Shown here in pieces: positions 29,431 to 40,033 of a stretch of DNA of 60,035 nucleotides. The notes beneath the pieces were generated by a model. That model had not been told where the DNA came from. It was given only the letters and a program-made list of their open reading frames with translations, and did no database searches. How positions within the stretch are numbered: the first letter of the stretch is position 1; the number at the start of each line of letters is the position of its first letter. The position numbers and the translations under genes were made by a program. This DNA is from Rhodoferax sp. (GTDB lineage: Bacteria; Pseudomonadota; Gammaproteobacteria; Burkholderiales; Burkholderiaceae_C), in assembly GCA_036170715.1 (NCBI GenBank), contig JAVHPS010000466.1:1-60035 (forward strand), given 5' to 3'.

Positions 29431-30594
29431 ATGATGAAAAAGTACCTTTGGTCATTTGCACTGTCAGCGGTCGTGCTGGCCGGTTGCGGCAAAAAAGAGG
29501 CGCCGCCTGCGCCAGTGGCAGCACCCGCACCGGTGGTCAGCGCACCAGCGCCTGCACCGACTGAAGAAAAAGTGCTCAACATCTACAACTGGCCCGACTA
29601 CGTGCCTGCGGGCATGATTGCTGCGTTTGAAAAAGAATCCGGTATCAAGGTCAATTACGACACCTTCGAGACCAACGAAGCGCTGCACGCCAAGCTGGTG
29701 GCGGGCAACACCGGTTATGACATCGTGGTGCCGGGTAGTGTGTTTGCCAAACCGCAAATTGAAGGCGGCATGTTCCAGCCGCTGGACAAGGCCAAGATCA
29801 AAAACCTGGCCAACCTGGATGCGCCCATCATGGCCACGCTGGCCAAAAACACCGACCCCGACAACAAGCATTTGGTGCCGTGGGCCTGGGGCTTTACCAC
29901 TGTGGGCATCAACAAGACCAAAGTGACCAAAGCGCTGGGCAAACTGCCCATGCCCGAGAACGCCTGGGACCTGGTGTTCAAACCCGAATACACCTCCAAA
30001 CTGAAATCTTGCGGCATTGCCTATCTGGACTCACCCACCGAGATTATCCCGGTGGCGCTGCACTACATCGGCAAAGATGCTTACTCCAACGACCCCGCCG
30101 ACTACAAACTGGCTGCTGACATGTTGGCCAAAGTGCGCAAAGACGTGCGCATCTTCAGCTCGACCATGATTGACGACGTGGCCGGCGGCAAAGCCTGTGT
30201 GGCCATTGGCTGGTCGGGTGACATCAACCAGGCGGCGCTGCGTGCCACCGAGAACAAGTCCAAAGACGTGATTGAATCTTTGCTGCCGTCAACCGGCGCC
30301 CTGATCTTTTTTGACACCATGGCCATTACCAAAGATGCCAAGCACCCCAACAATGCCGCCGCCTTCATTGACTTTTACCTGCGCCCTGAAAACGCAGCGG
30401 CCATGGCCAATGAAATGGGCTACCCCACGGCCAACAAGGCCGCCATGGACAAAATCAAACCTGAAATTGCCGGCAACAAGTCCATTTTTGTCGAAGCCGA
30501 TTACATGACCAAGATGATCCCGCCGTCGAGCTTCACCAACGAAGCCCGTGAAGCCATGGCCACGGCCTACAACGGCTTCAAAAAAGGTAAATAA
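29431..30594 (+). CDS. potF: Polyamine ABC transporter substrate-binding protein (PotF/SpuD-like), lipoprotein
   Basis: LAGC lipobox, Pro/Ala linker, LNIYNWPDY, GYDIVVP and GWSGD. Confidence 0.85.
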   Translation: MMKKYLWSFALSAVVLAGCGKKEAPPAPVAAPAPVVSAPAPAPTEEKVLNIYNWPDYVPAGMIAAFEKESGIKVNYDTFETNEALHAKLVAGNTGYDIVVPGSVFAKPQIEGGMFQPLDKAKIKNLANLDAPIMATLAKNTDPDNKHLVPWAWGFTTVGINKTKVTKALGKLPMPENAWDLVFKPEYTSKLKSCGIAYLDSPTEIIPVALHYIGKDAYSNDPADYKLAADMLAKVRKDVRIFSSTMIDDVAGGKACVAIGWSGDINQAALRATENKSKDVIESLLPSTGALIFFDTMAITKDAKHPNNAAAFIDFYLRPENAAAMANEMGYPTANKAAMDKIKPEIAGNKSIFVEADYMTKMIPPSSFTNEAREAMATAYNGFKKGK

Positions 30595-30613
30595 AGCCGC
30601 GTCTTGTGCACGC

Positions 30614-30654
30614 AAAAGGGCTGTTTGTACCGCAAGGTTGAGCAGCCCTTTTTT
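30614..30654 (+). terminator. Intrinsic terminator-like hairpin after potF
   Basis: AAAAGGGCTGTTT...GAGCAGCCCTTTTTT. Confidence 0.7.
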
Positions 30655-30686
30655 ATCGCTTGAATGTTCAAAACAGAGACCCGCGC

Positions 30687-31787
30687 ATGGCTGAATCACT
30701 GTCCAAAGAAAAATATCTGGTGACTGAAAAACTGGTCAAACGCTTTGACGAAGCGGTGGCCGTTGATGAAGTCAACCTGGCCATCAAGCAAGGCGAAATT
30801 TTTGCGTTGCTGGGCAGCTCCGGTTGCGGCAAGTCCACTTTGTTGCGCATGTTGGCCGGGTTTGAGCAGCCAACATCGGGGCGCATTTTGCTCAGTGGGC
30901 AGGATGTGGCCAAACTCGCACCGTATGAGCGTCCGTTCAACATGATGTTTCAGAGTTATGCCTTGTTTCCGCACCTGGATATTTGGGAAAACGTGGCCTT
31001 TGGCCTCAAGCGCGAAGGCTGCCCCAAGCACGAGCTGCAAACCCGTGTGGGTCAGATGCTTGATTTGGTGCAGCTCACCCCTTATGCCAAGCGCAAGCCG
31101 CACCAGCTCTCGGGGGGGCAACAGCAGCGTGTGGCGCTGGCCCGCAGTCTGGCCAAAAAGCCCAAGGTGTTGTTGCTGGACGAGCCGTTGGGGGCGCTAG
31201 ACAAAAAGTTGCGTGAGCAAACCCAGTTTGAACTGGTCAATATCATTGAAAAAGTCGGTGTGACCTGTGTCATGGTGACGCACGACCAAGAAGAGGCCAT
31301 GACCATGGCCAGCCGCATTGCTGTGATGAGCAAGGGGCGGGTGTTGCAAGTGGGTTCGCCGGAAGAGGTGTATGAGCACCCGGCAAACCGGTTTGTGGCC
31401 GACTTCATTGGCAATGTGAACCTGTTTGACGGCAAGATCAGCGTCGACGAGAACGACCACTGTGCCGTGCAAACTGCCATTGGCGAGGTGCAGGTGGGGC
31501 ATGGTGTGAGCGGTGCGCTGCACATGCCCGCGGCTATTGCGGTGCGACCCGAAAAAATAGAAATCAACAAGCTGCGTCCCGCGGTGACCCATAACCTGTT
31601 CACTGGGCGTGTGAAAGAAATAGCCTACTTTGGCTCGTACAACACCTACATCGTCAAAGCCAGCGACGGCACCCAGGTGAAGATCACCGAGGCCAACACC
31701 TCGCGCCACGAGCTCTCTGACATCACTTGGGATGATCAAGTGTTTTTTTGGTGGGACGACCGTGCCGGCATTGTGCTGCGCGATTGA
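30687..31787 (+). CDS. potG: Polyamine ABC transporter ATP-binding protein
   Basis: [37 protein letters not shown] and a C-terminal TOBE region. Confidence 0.88.
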   Translation: MAESLSKEKYLVTEKLVKRFDEAVAVDEVNLAIKQGEIFALLGSSGCGKSTLLRMLAGFEQPTSGRILLSGQDVAKLAPYERPFNMMFQSYALFPHLDIWENVAFGLKREGCPKHELQTRVGQMLDLVQLTPYAKRKPHQLSGGQQQRVALARSLAKKPKVLLLDEPLGALDKKLREQTQFELVNIIEKVGVTCVMVTHDQEEAMTMASRIAVMSKGRVLQVGSPEEVYEHPANRFVADFIGNVNLFDGKISVDENDHCAVQTAIGEVQVGHGVSGALHMPAAIAVRPEKIEINKLRPAVTHNLFTGRVKEIAYFGSYNTYIVKASDGTQVKITEANTSRHELSDITWDDQVFFWWDDRAGIVLRD

Positions 31788-31838
31788 TTTGGCATGTCAG
31801 CCAGACCAGACCCTGTTAACCCCCGCGAGGACTCAGTT

Positions 31839-32753
31839 ATGGCCCTGACCGTTTCGCTGCCTGGCAAGCGCTTTGTGATTGGTGTGCCCTACACCTGGCT
31901 GGTGCTGTTTTTTCTGCTGCCTTTTTTGATTTTGCTGTACATCAGCTTTGTCGACATGGGCAACGATATCTCGCCGTTTAAACCGATTTGGGACTCCAGC
32001 ACCGGCCTGCTCAAGCTCAAGTACGAAAACTACTGGTCGATCTTTCGCGCGGGTGAAGAAGGCGCGTTGTTCCAGACTATTTACATCGAGGCCTATGTGC
32101 GCTCGCTCTGGTACGCGTTGTGCACCGCGTTGCTGTGCTTGGCTGTTGGATATCCGTTTTCTTACTTCATTGCGCGCTCCAGTCCCAGCGTGCGCCCGGC
32201 GCTGCTGATGATGGTGATGCTGCCATTTTGGACCTCGTTTTTGTTGCGTGTCTATGCCTGGAAAGGCATTCTGGCCGACCAGGGTGTGGTCAACCAGGTG
32301 CTGCTGGCGTTGGGCATCATTCAGGAACCGATCCAGATGCTGTACACCAATGTGTCGATGCTGGTCGGCATGACTTATGTCTACCTGCCGTTCATGGTGT
32401 TGCCGTTGTATGCCAACCTGGTCAAGATGGACTTCAGGCTGCTGGAAGCCGCCCATGACCTGGGCGCGTCGCCGTTCAAGGCCTTTTGGCTGGTGACCGT
32501 GCCGCTGTCGAAGGCCGGCATCGTTGCCGGTTTCATGCTGGTGTTTATTCCGGCGGTGGGTGAATTTGTGATTCCATCGCTGCTGGGCGGGCCGGAGAAC
32601 ATCATGATCGGCCGGGTGGTGTGGGACGAAATGTTCACCAGCAACAACTGGCCGCGCGCCACTGCGCTGGCGGTGGTGATGATCGGGCTGATTGTGGTGC
32701 CCTTGGCCATTTATTACCACTACACCGCTGGCCCGGCCGAGCCCAAGTCATGA
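31839..32753 (+). CDS. potH: Polyamine ABC transporter permease
   Basis: PFWTSFLLRVYAW, EAAHDLGA, GEFVIPSLLGG and NNWP. Confidence 0.88.
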   Translation: MALTVSLPGKRFVIGVPYTWLVLFFLLPFLILLYISFVDMGNDISPFKPIWDSSTGLLKLKYENYWSIFRAGEEGALFQTIYIEAYVRSLWYALCTALLCLAVGYPFSYFIARSSPSVRPALLMMVMLPFWTSFLLRVYAWKGILADQGVVNQVLLALGIIQEPIQMLYTNVSMLVGMTYVYLPFMVLPLYANLVKMDFRLLEAAHDLGASPFKAFWLVTVPLSKAGIVAGFMLVFIPAVGEFVIPSLLGGPENIMIGRVVWDEMFTSNNWPRATALAVVMIGLIVVPLAIYYHYTAGPAEPKS

Positions 32754-32763
32754 GGGTCAAGAC

Positions 32764-33624
32764 ATGAAGAACTTTGTATACCGCTACTTTGGCCGGGGCT
32801 GGCTGGGGCTGACTTATTTGTTTTTGTATGTGCCACTGCTGTTCATGGTGGTGTTTTCGTTCAACAGCACACGGCAAGATGCGGTGTTTACCGGGTTTTC
32901 GCTGCGCTGGTACGAGGCGCTGATGCGTGACACCAAAATCGTCGATGGCTTCTGGCTGTCGGTCAAGGTGGCCACCGCATCGGGCATTGCTTCTGCTGTG
33001 TTGGCCACTTTTGCGGCGTTTGTGCTGGTGCGTTACCGTCGGTTTGTCGGTCGCACCTTGTTCTCGGGCATGGTCAATGCACCGCTGGTGATGCCAGAGG
33101 TGGTGATCGGCCTGTCGCTGTTGTTGCTGATGGTGGGGGTGCAAAACGCCTTTGGTTGGCCGCAGCGTGGCATGTTGACCATTGTGCTCGGGCACACACT
33201 GTTAGGCATGGCTTACGGCATGGTGGTGGTGCAGTCGCGCCTGCTGGAGATGAACCATGCCATTGAAGAAGCGGCCATGGATCTGGGGGCCAAGCCGCTG
33301 CAGGTGTTTTTTCTGGTGACGTTACCAAACATCGTGCAGGCCGTGGGGGCCGCCTACTTGCTGGCGTTTACCTTGTCGTTTGACGATGTGGTAATTGCCG
33401 AATTTTTGTCTGGACCCGGCGTTAACACCTTGCCACAGGTGATTTTTGGCTATGCCCGGCGCGGCATCAATCCGACGATTTACGCGGCGGCAACGTTGTT
33501 GATCATCGCCGTGACGCTGGTGGTAATGAGCTACAGCGTTTGGGTGGCCCGCCAGACCCGCAAGCGCGAGCGCGAGATGGCGGCAGCCGTGCGCGCTGAA
33601 ATGGTGGCCTTGCAGGCACACTGA
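32764..33624 (+). CDS. potI: Polyamine ABC transporter permease
   Basis: FSFN..GFSLRWY, PLVMPEVV, EEAAMDLGA and FTLSFDD. Confidence 0.88.
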   Translation: MKNFVYRYFGRGWLGLTYLFLYVPLLFMVVFSFNSTRQDAVFTGFSLRWYEALMRDTKIVDGFWLSVKVATASGIASAVLATFAAFVLVRYRRFVGRTLFSGMVNAPLVMPEVVIGLSLLLLMVGVQNAFGWPQRGMLTIVLGHTLLGMAYGMVVVQSRLLEMNHAIEEAAMDLGAKPLQVFFLVTLPNIVQAVGAAYLLAFTLSFDDVVIAEFLSGPGVNTLPQVIFGYARRGINPTIYAAATLLIIAVTLVVMSYSVWVARQTRKREREMAAAVRAEMVALQAH

Positions 33625-33634
33625 GCTTACAAGT

Positions 33635-33689
33635 GTTTTAGCACGCTAGCCCTTTATTTAACTCGGTTAGAAGCTATGTATTTTGATTC
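33635..33689 (-). repeat. Fixed-geometry dispersed element, copy 8 (potI-ALDH intergenic)
   Basis: Minus strand: GAATCAAAATACATAGC-20 nt-GGGCTA-GCGTGCTAAAA. Confidence 0.85.
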
Positions 33690-33700
33690 AAGGAAACCGC

Positions 33701-35170
33701 ATGATAAATCCAGCATATGACGGCCGGGCGTTCATCAATGGCCAGCGTGTGGCCGCCGCACAAGGGCAAACCTTTGACTGCATTTCCCCCGTGGATGGCC
33801 GTGTGCTGGCCCAGGTGGCACGGGGTACACAGGCTGACATTGACGCGGCGGTGGCAGCGGGGCGGGCCGCGTTTGAAGACCAACGCTGGTGCGGCATGGC
33901 ACCGGCGGCGCGCAAACGCATCATGATCCAGTTTGCCGACCAGTTGCTCAGCCATGCCGATGAACTGGCATTGATGGAAACGCTGGACATGGGCAAACCG
34001 ATTCAGTACGCGCGCAGCGTGGATGTCAACAGTGCGGCCAATTGCATCCGCTGGTACGGTGAAGCGGTGGACAAGATTTACGATGAAATTGCCCCTACCG
34101 CACGCACCGCGTTGGCGCTTATCACGCGTGAGCCCATGGGCGTGGTCGGGGTGATCGTGCCCTGGAATTACCCCATGATCATGGCCGCCTGGAAGATTGC
34201 ACCGGCGCTGACCGCAGGCAACTCGGTGGTGTTGAAACCGAGCGAAAAATCGCCCCTGACGGCGCTGAGGTTGGCCGAACTGGCGCTGGAGGCCGGCATT
34301 CCGCCGGGCGTGTTCAACGTAGTGCCTGGTTTTGGCCCGGAAGCGGGCAGTCCGCTGGCGCTGCACATGGACGTGGATTGCATTGCCTTCACCGGTTCCA
34401 CCCGGGTGGGCAAGCAGATTCACGTGATGGCTGGGCAAAGTAACCTGAAACGGGCCTGGACTGAGCTGGGTGGCAAATCGCCCAACATTGTGTTTGCCGA
34501 TTGTCCAGATATTGACCGTGCGGTGGCGGCATCGGTGGGTAGCATCTTCTTCAACCAAGGCGAAAGCTGCAATGCGCCGTCGCGTCTGTTTGTTGAGGCC
34601 AGCATTCGTGACGCGTTTCTGGAGCGCGCCGTGGCCATGGTGCCGGGCTATGCGCCGGGCAATCCGCTGGACAAGGCCACGGTGATGGGGGCCATTGTTG
34701 ACCAGGTGCAATTGAACAACGTCATGCGTTATATCGACCTGGGGCAAAAGGAAGGGGCTGCGTTGTTGGCCGGTGGTCAGCAAGTGGCTCCTGTGGCCGG
34801 GGGGTGTTATGTGCAACCCACCATTTTTGCCGGGGTCACGCCTGACATGACGATTGCCCGTGAAGAGATTTTTGGCCCGGTACTGTCGGTGTTGTCGTTC
34901 ACCGATGTGGCCGATGTGGTGCGTCAGGCCAATGCCAGCGTGTATGGCTTGCAGGCGGCGGTGTGGACGCGTGACATCAACAAGGCGCACGGTGTGGCGC
35001 GTGCGTTGCGGGCCGGTACGGTGCACATCAATCAGTACGACGAGGACGACATCACCGTGCCCTTTGGCGGCTATAAGCAAAGCGGTGTGGGGCGCGACAA
35101 ATCGTTGCATGCGTTTGACAAGTACACCGAAACCAAAACCACCTGGATTCGCATCGACTCCCCGGTTTGA
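33701..35170 (+). CDS. Aldehyde dehydrogenase (PuuC/PauC-like)
   Basis: PWNYP, FTGST, ELGGKS, FNQGESC and EEIFGP; polyamine gene context. Confidence 0.9.
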   Translation: MINPAYDGRAFINGQRVAAAQGQTFDCISPVDGRVLAQVARGTQADIDAAVAAGRAAFEDQRWCGMAPAARKRIMIQFADQLLSHADELALMETLDMGKPIQYARSVDVNSAANCIRWYGEAVDKIYDEIAPTARTALALITREPMGVVGVIVPWNYPMIMAAWKIAPALTAGNSVVLKPSEKSPLTALRLAELALEAGIPPGVFNVVPGFGPEAGSPLALHMDVDCIAFTGSTRVGKQIHVMAGQSNLKRAWTELGGKSPNIVFADCPDIDRAVAASVGSIFFNQGESCNAPSRLFVEASIRDAFLERAVAMVPGYAPGNPLDKATVMGAIVDQVQLNNVMRYIDLGQKEGAALLAGGQQVAPVAGGCYVQPTIFAGVTPDMTIAREEIFGPVLSVLSFTDVADVVRQANASVYGLQAAVWTRDINKAHGVARALRAGTVHINQYDEDDITVPFGGYKQSGVGRDKSLHAFDKYTETKTTWIRIDSPV

Positions 35171-35297
35171 GTCAGGTTGATGCCTTGATTTTGCATGGCA
35201 AAAAATACTTTTCATATTGCAAAATATAATGTGAAGTGACTGCGCAATCGGATTTCAAAAGGTGCATTATGTTTTTCGTATAGTAAAATTACAGCAA

Positions 35298-35310
35298 TAA
35301 GTCATTGATT
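35298..35310 (-). promoter_or_regulatory. IHF-consensus site upstream of aceA
   Basis: Minus strand AATCAATGACTTA matches WATCAANNNNTTR exactly, in an AT-rich promoter region. Confidence 0.55.
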
Positions 35311-35326
35311 TGTATGAAATAAAAAA

Positions 35327-35383
35327 ATGTCTTGTATAAGACATAAGATTAAAATTTAGTCTTCTATAAGACATAAAATTAAA
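35327..35383. promoter_or_regulatory. Tandem palindromic operator pair upstream of aceA
   Basis: GTCTTGTATAAGACATAAGATTAAA and GTCTTCTATAAGACATAAAATTAAA (23/25 identical, 30-bp period); each contains GTCTT-N4-AAGAC. Confidence 0.75.
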
Positions 35384-35446
35384 GCCATGGCATCGCAGGC
35401 AATTGGCCACAGATGTTCAAGTTTTCATCAACTCAGGAGTGATCTC

Positions 35447-36766
35447 ATGGCACAAACCCTTACTGAACAATTGAGCCGCGAACAGCAAATCGCCGCCCTC
35501 GAAAAAGACTGGGCTACCAACCCACGCTGGAAAGGCATCAAGCGCGGTTACAGCGCCGCCGACGTGGTGCGTCTGCGTGGCTCGTTCCCCATCGAGCACA
35601 CCCTGGCACGCCGTGGTGCTGAAAAGCTGTGGGATTTGTTGCACACTGAAGACTACGTCAACTGCCTGGGTGCGTTGACCGGTGGTCAGGCCATGCAGCA
35701 AGTCAAGGCCGGCGTGAAGGCCATTTATTTGTCCGGCTGGCAAGTGGCTGCGGACAACAACACTTCCATGTCGATGTACCCCGACCAATCGCTGTACGCT
35801 GTGAGCTCGGTACCGACCGTGGTGGAACGCATCAACAACACCTTCCGCCGTGCCGATGAAATTCAACACTCTAAGGGTGTGGATGCAGGTGACAAGGGCT
35901 ACATCGACATGTTCGCCCCGATCGTGGCCGATGCCGAAGCCGGTTTCGGCGGTGTGCTGAACGGCTTTGAATTGATGAAGGCGATGATCAAAGCCGGTGC
36001 AGCGGGGGTGCACTGGGAAGACCAACTGGCTTCGGTCAAAAAATGCGGTCACATGGGCGGCAAAGTGCTGGTGCCTACCGCTGAAGCCATTCAAAAACTC
36101 GTTGCCGCCCGCATGGCCGCTGACGTGTGCGGTGTGCCCACCTTGGTGATTGCCCGTACCGACGCTGAAGCTGCTGACCTGTTGACCAGCGACTACGATG
36201 CCAACGACAAACCGTTCCTGACTGGCGAACGCACGGCAGAAGGTTTCTACAAATCACGCAAAGGTCTGGATCAAGCCATCAGCCGCGCCGTGGCCTATGC
36301 CGATTACGCCGACCTGGTGTGGTGCGAAACCGGTACCCCTGATCTGGAATTCGCCCGTAAATTTGCTGAAGCCGTGCGTGCCAAACACCCTGGCAAATTG
36401 CTGGCCTACAACTGCAGCCCGTCTTTCAACTGGAAGAAAAACCTGGACGATGCGACCATTGCCAAGTTCCAGCGCGAACTCGGTGCCATGGGCTACAAGT
36501 ACCAGTTCATCACGCTGGCTGGCATCCACTCGATGTGGTTCAACATGTTCGACTTGGCGCAAGACTATGTCAAACGCGGCATGTCGGCTTACGTGGAGCG
36601 TGTGCAAGAGCCTGAATTTGCCGCACGTGATCGTGGCTACACTTTTGTGTCGCACCAGCAAGAAGTGGGCACAGGTTACTTTGACGAAGTGACCACTGTC
36701 ATTCAAGGTGGCAAGTCCAGCGTCACGGCGCTGACCGGTTCGACTGAAGAAGCACAGTTCCATTAA
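35447..36766 (+). CDS. aceA: Isocitrate lyase
   Basis: [35 protein letters not shown] and a C-terminal STEEAQF. Confidence 0.98.
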   Translation: MAQTLTEQLSREQQIAALEKDWATNPRWKGIKRGYSAADVVRLRGSFPIEHTLARRGAEKLWDLLHTEDYVNCLGALTGGQAMQQVKAGVKAIYLSGWQVAADNNTSMSMYPDQSLYAVSSVPTVVERINNTFRRADEIQHSKGVDAGDKGYIDMFAPIVADAEAGFGGVLNGFELMKAMIKAGAAGVHWEDQLASVKKCGHMGGKVLVPTAEAIQKLVAARMAADVCGVPTLVIARTDAEAADLLTSDYDANDKPFLTGERTAEGFYKSRKGLDQAISRAVAYADYADLVWCETGTPDLEFARKFAEAVRAKHPGKLLAYNCSPSFNWKKNLDDATIAKFQRELGAMGYKYQFITLAGIHSMWFNMFDLAQDYVKRGMSAYVERVQEPEFAARDRGYTFVSHQQEVGTGYFDEVTTVIQGGKSSVTALTGSTEEAQFH

Positions 36767-36789
36767 AAGAAGTTCCCGAGGAGTCAGAG

Positions 36790-36826
36790 GCTGGCGCGCC
36801 CGCAAAGGTGCGGCCAGCTTTTTTTT
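36790..36826 (+). terminator. Intrinsic terminator of aceA
   Basis: GCTGGCGCGCC-CGCAAA-GGTGCGGCCAGC followed by a run of 8 T. Confidence 0.8.
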
Positions 36827-36964
36827 GCGACTTTGCCTACCACCGCACCACTGAAACTTGTGGCATACCGGGTAAGGTAAACTAGAAGGCAAGTTCAACC
36901 TCATCAAGAGCGAGAAAGGCAGTCTGGTTATGACACCGCGAACGACATGGCCAACATTTATATG

Positions 36965-37019
36965 CAAATAAGGCCGTAGCCCGCGCGCCTCTTGCGTATG
37001 CAGCTACAAAAATAATAGT
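36965..37019 (-). repeat. Fixed-geometry dispersed element, copy 9 (upstream of thrS)
   Basis: Minus strand: ACTATTATTTTTGTAGC-20 nt-GGGCTA-CGGCCTTATTT. Confidence 0.85.
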
Positions 37020-37046
37020 AAAAGCGCGGACAATTCCGCGCTTTTT
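37020..37046 (+). terminator. Terminator-like hairpin in the thrS leader
   Basis: AAAAGCGCGGA-CAAT-TCCGCGCTTTTT, ending 33 bp before the thrS ATG. Confidence 0.55.
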
Positions 37047-37079
37047 TCTTTTCAGACGCTTCTTTTTTCGAAATACATC

Positions 37080-38993
37080 ATGGTTCAAATCACACTTCCA
37101 GACGGCTCGCAACGCGACTTTGCATCTTCTGTCACCGTTGCGGAGGTGGCTGCATCGATTGGCGCTGGCCTGGCCAAGGCGGCTTTGGCCGGCAAGGTGG
37201 ACGGCAAAGTGGTGGACACCAGCTTTGTCATCGACAAGGCCAGCACGGTGGCCATCGTGACCGCCAAGGATGCTGATGGGCTGGAAGTCATTCGCCACTC
37301 CACCGCCCACTTGCTGGCGTATGCCGTCAAGCAGCTGTTTCCCAAAGCGCAGGTCACCATTGGGCCGGTGATTGAAAATGGTTTTTTTTACGACTTCTCG
37401 TTTGAACGCCCGTTTACCCTGGACGATCTGGCGGCCATCGAAAAGCGCATGACCGAATTGGCCGTCAAAGACGAACCGGTGCTGCGCCGGGTGCTGCCAC
37501 GCGATGAAGCCGTGGCGTATTTCAAAGGGCTGGGCGAACACTACAAGGCTGAGATCATTGGCAGCATTCCTGCGGGTGAAGATGTCAGCCTGTACCGTGA
37601 GGGCTCTTTTGAAGATTTGTGTCGTGGCCCGCACGTGCCCAGTACTGGCAAACTCAAGCACTTCAAGCTGATGAAGGTGGCCGGTGCCTACTGGCGCGGC
37701 GACCATCGCAACGAGATGCTGCAACGCATCTACGGCACCGCCTGGGCTACAAAGGAAGAGCTGGCGCAGCACCTGAAGATGCTTGAAGAAGCCGAAAAGC
37801 GCGACCACCGCAAACTGGGGCGCGAATTGGATCTGTTCCACATCGATGAATACTCACCAGGCACGGTGTTCTGGCATCCCAAAGGCTGGATGTTGTGGCA
37901 GCAGGTGGAGCAGTACATGCGCCAGGTTTACCGCGACAACGGCTACCAGGAAGTCAAAGGCCCGCAAATTCTGGACAAGGGGCTGTGGGAAAAGACCGGG
38001 CATTGGGACAAGTACCGCGAAAACATGTTTACCACCGAATCGGAAAAGCGCGACTACGCCTTGAAACCCATGAACTGCCCGGGCCACATCCTGATCTTCA
38101 AGCAGGGCATCAAGAGCTACCGTGACTTGCCGCTGCGCTTAGGTGAATTCGGTCAATGCCACCGCAACGAGCCCACTGGCGGCCTGCACGGCATCATGCG
38201 CGTGCGCGCCTTCACGCAGGACGATGGCCATATTTTTTGCACCGAAGATCAAATTCAATCTGAAGTGGTGGCGTTCACCACGCTGCTGCAAAAGGTGTAC
38301 CGGGACTTTGGTTTTACCAACATCATCTACAAGTTGTCGACCCGGCCAGAGCAGCGCATTGGCACCGAAGAGAGTTGGGATCGGGCCGAAAATGCACTGG
38401 CTGCGGGCTTGCGCGCGTCGGGCTGTGATTTTGAATACTTGCCAGGGGAGGGCGCTTTTTACGGCCCCAAGATTGAGTACACCCTGAAGGACGCCATTGG
38501 CCGTCCGTGGCAATGTGGCACGATTCAGGTTGACCCCAATTTGCCTGAACGCCTGGAGGCGGAATATGTGGGTGAAGACGGTGCACGCCATCGCCCCATC
38601 ATGCTGCACCGGGCCATCGTTGGCAGTCTGGAGCGTTTCATTGGCATTTTGATCGAAGAAACCGCTGGAGCCTTGCCCAGCTGGCTGGCACCGGTGCAGG
38701 TGAAAGTGCTCAACATCACCGACGCACAGGCCGAATACGCCAAGAATGTCGCTAAAACGTTGCAAAATCAAGGGTTTAGAGTGGAACTAGACCTTCGTAA
38801 CGAAAAAATTACGTATAAAATACGCGAGCATTCAATGCAAAAAGTGCCGTATTTGGTCGTGATTGGCGACAAAGAGATGGCATCTGGTGCTGTTGCGGTG
38901 CGCGCCCGGGGTGGTCAAGACCTTGGAGTCATGTCGGTTGACGAGTTTGCCAAAACGCTCTCAGCTGATGTTTCCCGAAAATCAAACGTTTGA
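37080..38993 (+). CDS. thrS: Threonine--tRNA ligase
   Basis: TGS start [31 protein letters not shown] and [11 protein letters not shown]. Confidence 0.98.
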   Translation: MVQITLPDGSQRDFASSVTVAEVAASIGAGLAKAALAGKVDGKVVDTSFVIDKASTVAIVTAKDADGLEVIRHSTAHLLAYAVKQLFPKAQVTIGPVIENGFFYDFSFERPFTLDDLAAIEKRMTELAVKDEPVLRRVLPRDEAVAYFKGLGEHYKAEIIGSIPAGEDVSLYREGSFEDLCRGPHVPSTGKLKHFKLMKVAGAYWRGDHRNEMLQRIYGTAWATKEELAQHLKMLEEAEKRDHRKLGRELDLFHIDEYSPGTVFWHPKGWMLWQQVEQYMRQVYRDNGYQEVKGPQILDKGLWEKTGHWDKYRENMFTTESEKRDYALKPMNCPGHILIFKQGIKSYRDLPLRLGEFGQCHRNEPTGGLHGIMRVRAFTQDDGHIFCTEDQIQSEVVAFTTLLQKVYRDFGFTNIIYKLSTRPEQRIGTEESWDRAENALAAGLRASGCDFEYLPGEGAFYGPKIEYTLKDAIGRPWQCGTIQVDPNLPERLEAEYVGEDGARHRPIMLHRAIVGSLERFIGILIEETAGALPSWLAPVQVKVLNITDAQAEYAKNVAKTLQNQGFRVELDLRNEKITYKIREHSMQKVPYLVVIGDKEMASGAVAVRARGGQDLGVMSVDEFAKTLSADVSRKSNV

Positions 38994-39071
38994 TTTTTTG
39001 ACTTCGCTTCATGTGCGTTGCGTTATGCAGTTAAGCCACTTTAAGTGGCAGTTTTTGTGAAGGATTGAGTC

Positions 39072-39665
39072 ATCGCTACCGAATATCGTGATCGCCGTCA
39101 ACGCGAAGAACGCAAACACCGGTTAAACCGGGAAATCATGGTGCCAGAGGTTCGCCTCTCTGGTGTGGAAAACGAGCCCCTGGGTGTAGTCAGTATCAAT
39201 GATGCACTGCGCATGGCGGGTGAGTTAGATGTGGATTTGGTGGAGATTGCGGCCACCGCCATACCGCCCGTTTGTCGGCTGATGGATTACGGGAAGTTCA
39301 AGTACCAAGAGCAGAAAAAAGCGGCTGAGGCCAAGGCCAAGCAAACTGTGATCGACATCAAAGAGATCAAGTTTCGCCCTGGTACCGATGACGGTGACTA
39401 CAACATCAAAATGCGCAATATCAAGCGCTTTTTGTTGGAGGGTGACAAGTGCAAGATCACGCTGCGATTTCGCGGCCGTGAAATCACGCACCAAGATTTG
39501 GGCATGGCGTTGCTCAATCGCATTCGCGACGAATTGGGTGATCTGATCGTGATCGAGCAGTTTCCCAAGTTGGAAGGTCGCCAGATGATCATGATGATTG
39601 CACCGGGTCGTAAAAAGCCGGCTGCAGTTAAACCGGCAGTTGCTGAAAGCTCAGCAGCGGCCTGA
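39072..39665 (+). CDS. infC: Translation initiation factor IF-3 (likely ATC start)
   Basis: [21 protein letters not shown] and FRGRE. The frame extends 22 codons upstream of ATG 39138 to ATC 39072, which follows a GAAGGA SD. Confidence 0.93.
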   Translation: MATEYRDRRQREERKHRLNREIMVPEVRLSGVENEPLGVVSINDALRMAGELDVDLVEIAATAIPPVCRLMDYGKFKYQEQKKAAEAKAKQTVIDIKEIKFRPGTDDGDYNIKMRNIKRFLLEGDKCKITLRFRGREITHQDLGMALLNRIRDELGDLIVIEQFPKLEGRQMIMMIAPGRKKPAAVKPAVAESSAAA

Positions 39666-39804
39666 AAGTTTGGGGGTGTTGCCGTTTCGGTGGCACACCT
39701 GAAGCGTGACAGGGTTAAGCCTGTCATATCAAGTGGCTCGGGGCCATCAAGGCTGCAAATTGCTTGCAGACGCCTCACGAGCACAATGAAAAAGGAGCAT
39801 GAGA

Positions 39805-40008
39805 ATGCCCAAAATGAAGACCAAAAGCGCGGCGAAGAAACGCTTCCGCGTCCGTCCAGGTGGTACCGTCAAGCGCGGTCAAGCCTTCAAACGTCACATT
39901 CTGACCAAGAAGACCACCAAAAATAAACGCCATTTGCGTGGTGCAACTGCTGTTCATGAGACCGACATGGGTCGCATGGCACAGATGCTGCCTTGCCGTG
40001 GTCTTTGA
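39805..40008 (+). CDS. rpmI: 50S ribosomal protein L35
   Basis: [14 protein letters not shown]...KRHILTKK; AAGGAG SD. Confidence 0.97.
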   Translation: MPKMKTKSAAKKRFRVRPGGTVKRGQAFKRHILTKKTTKNKRHLRGATAVHETDMGRMAQMLPCRGL

Positions 40009-40033
40009 TTAACGACGAACAAGGAGTATTTGA

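Noticed and set aside
35329-35383. Direct repeats read as a mini-CRISPR
   Set aside because: Only two units with a 5-bp gap and no cas genes; an operator pair explains it better.
38750-38830. AT-rich rare-codon patch at the thrS 3' end
   Set aside because: Does not fit the element. It may be the internal infC promoter known from E. coli, but I could not assign a well-spaced -35/-10 pair.
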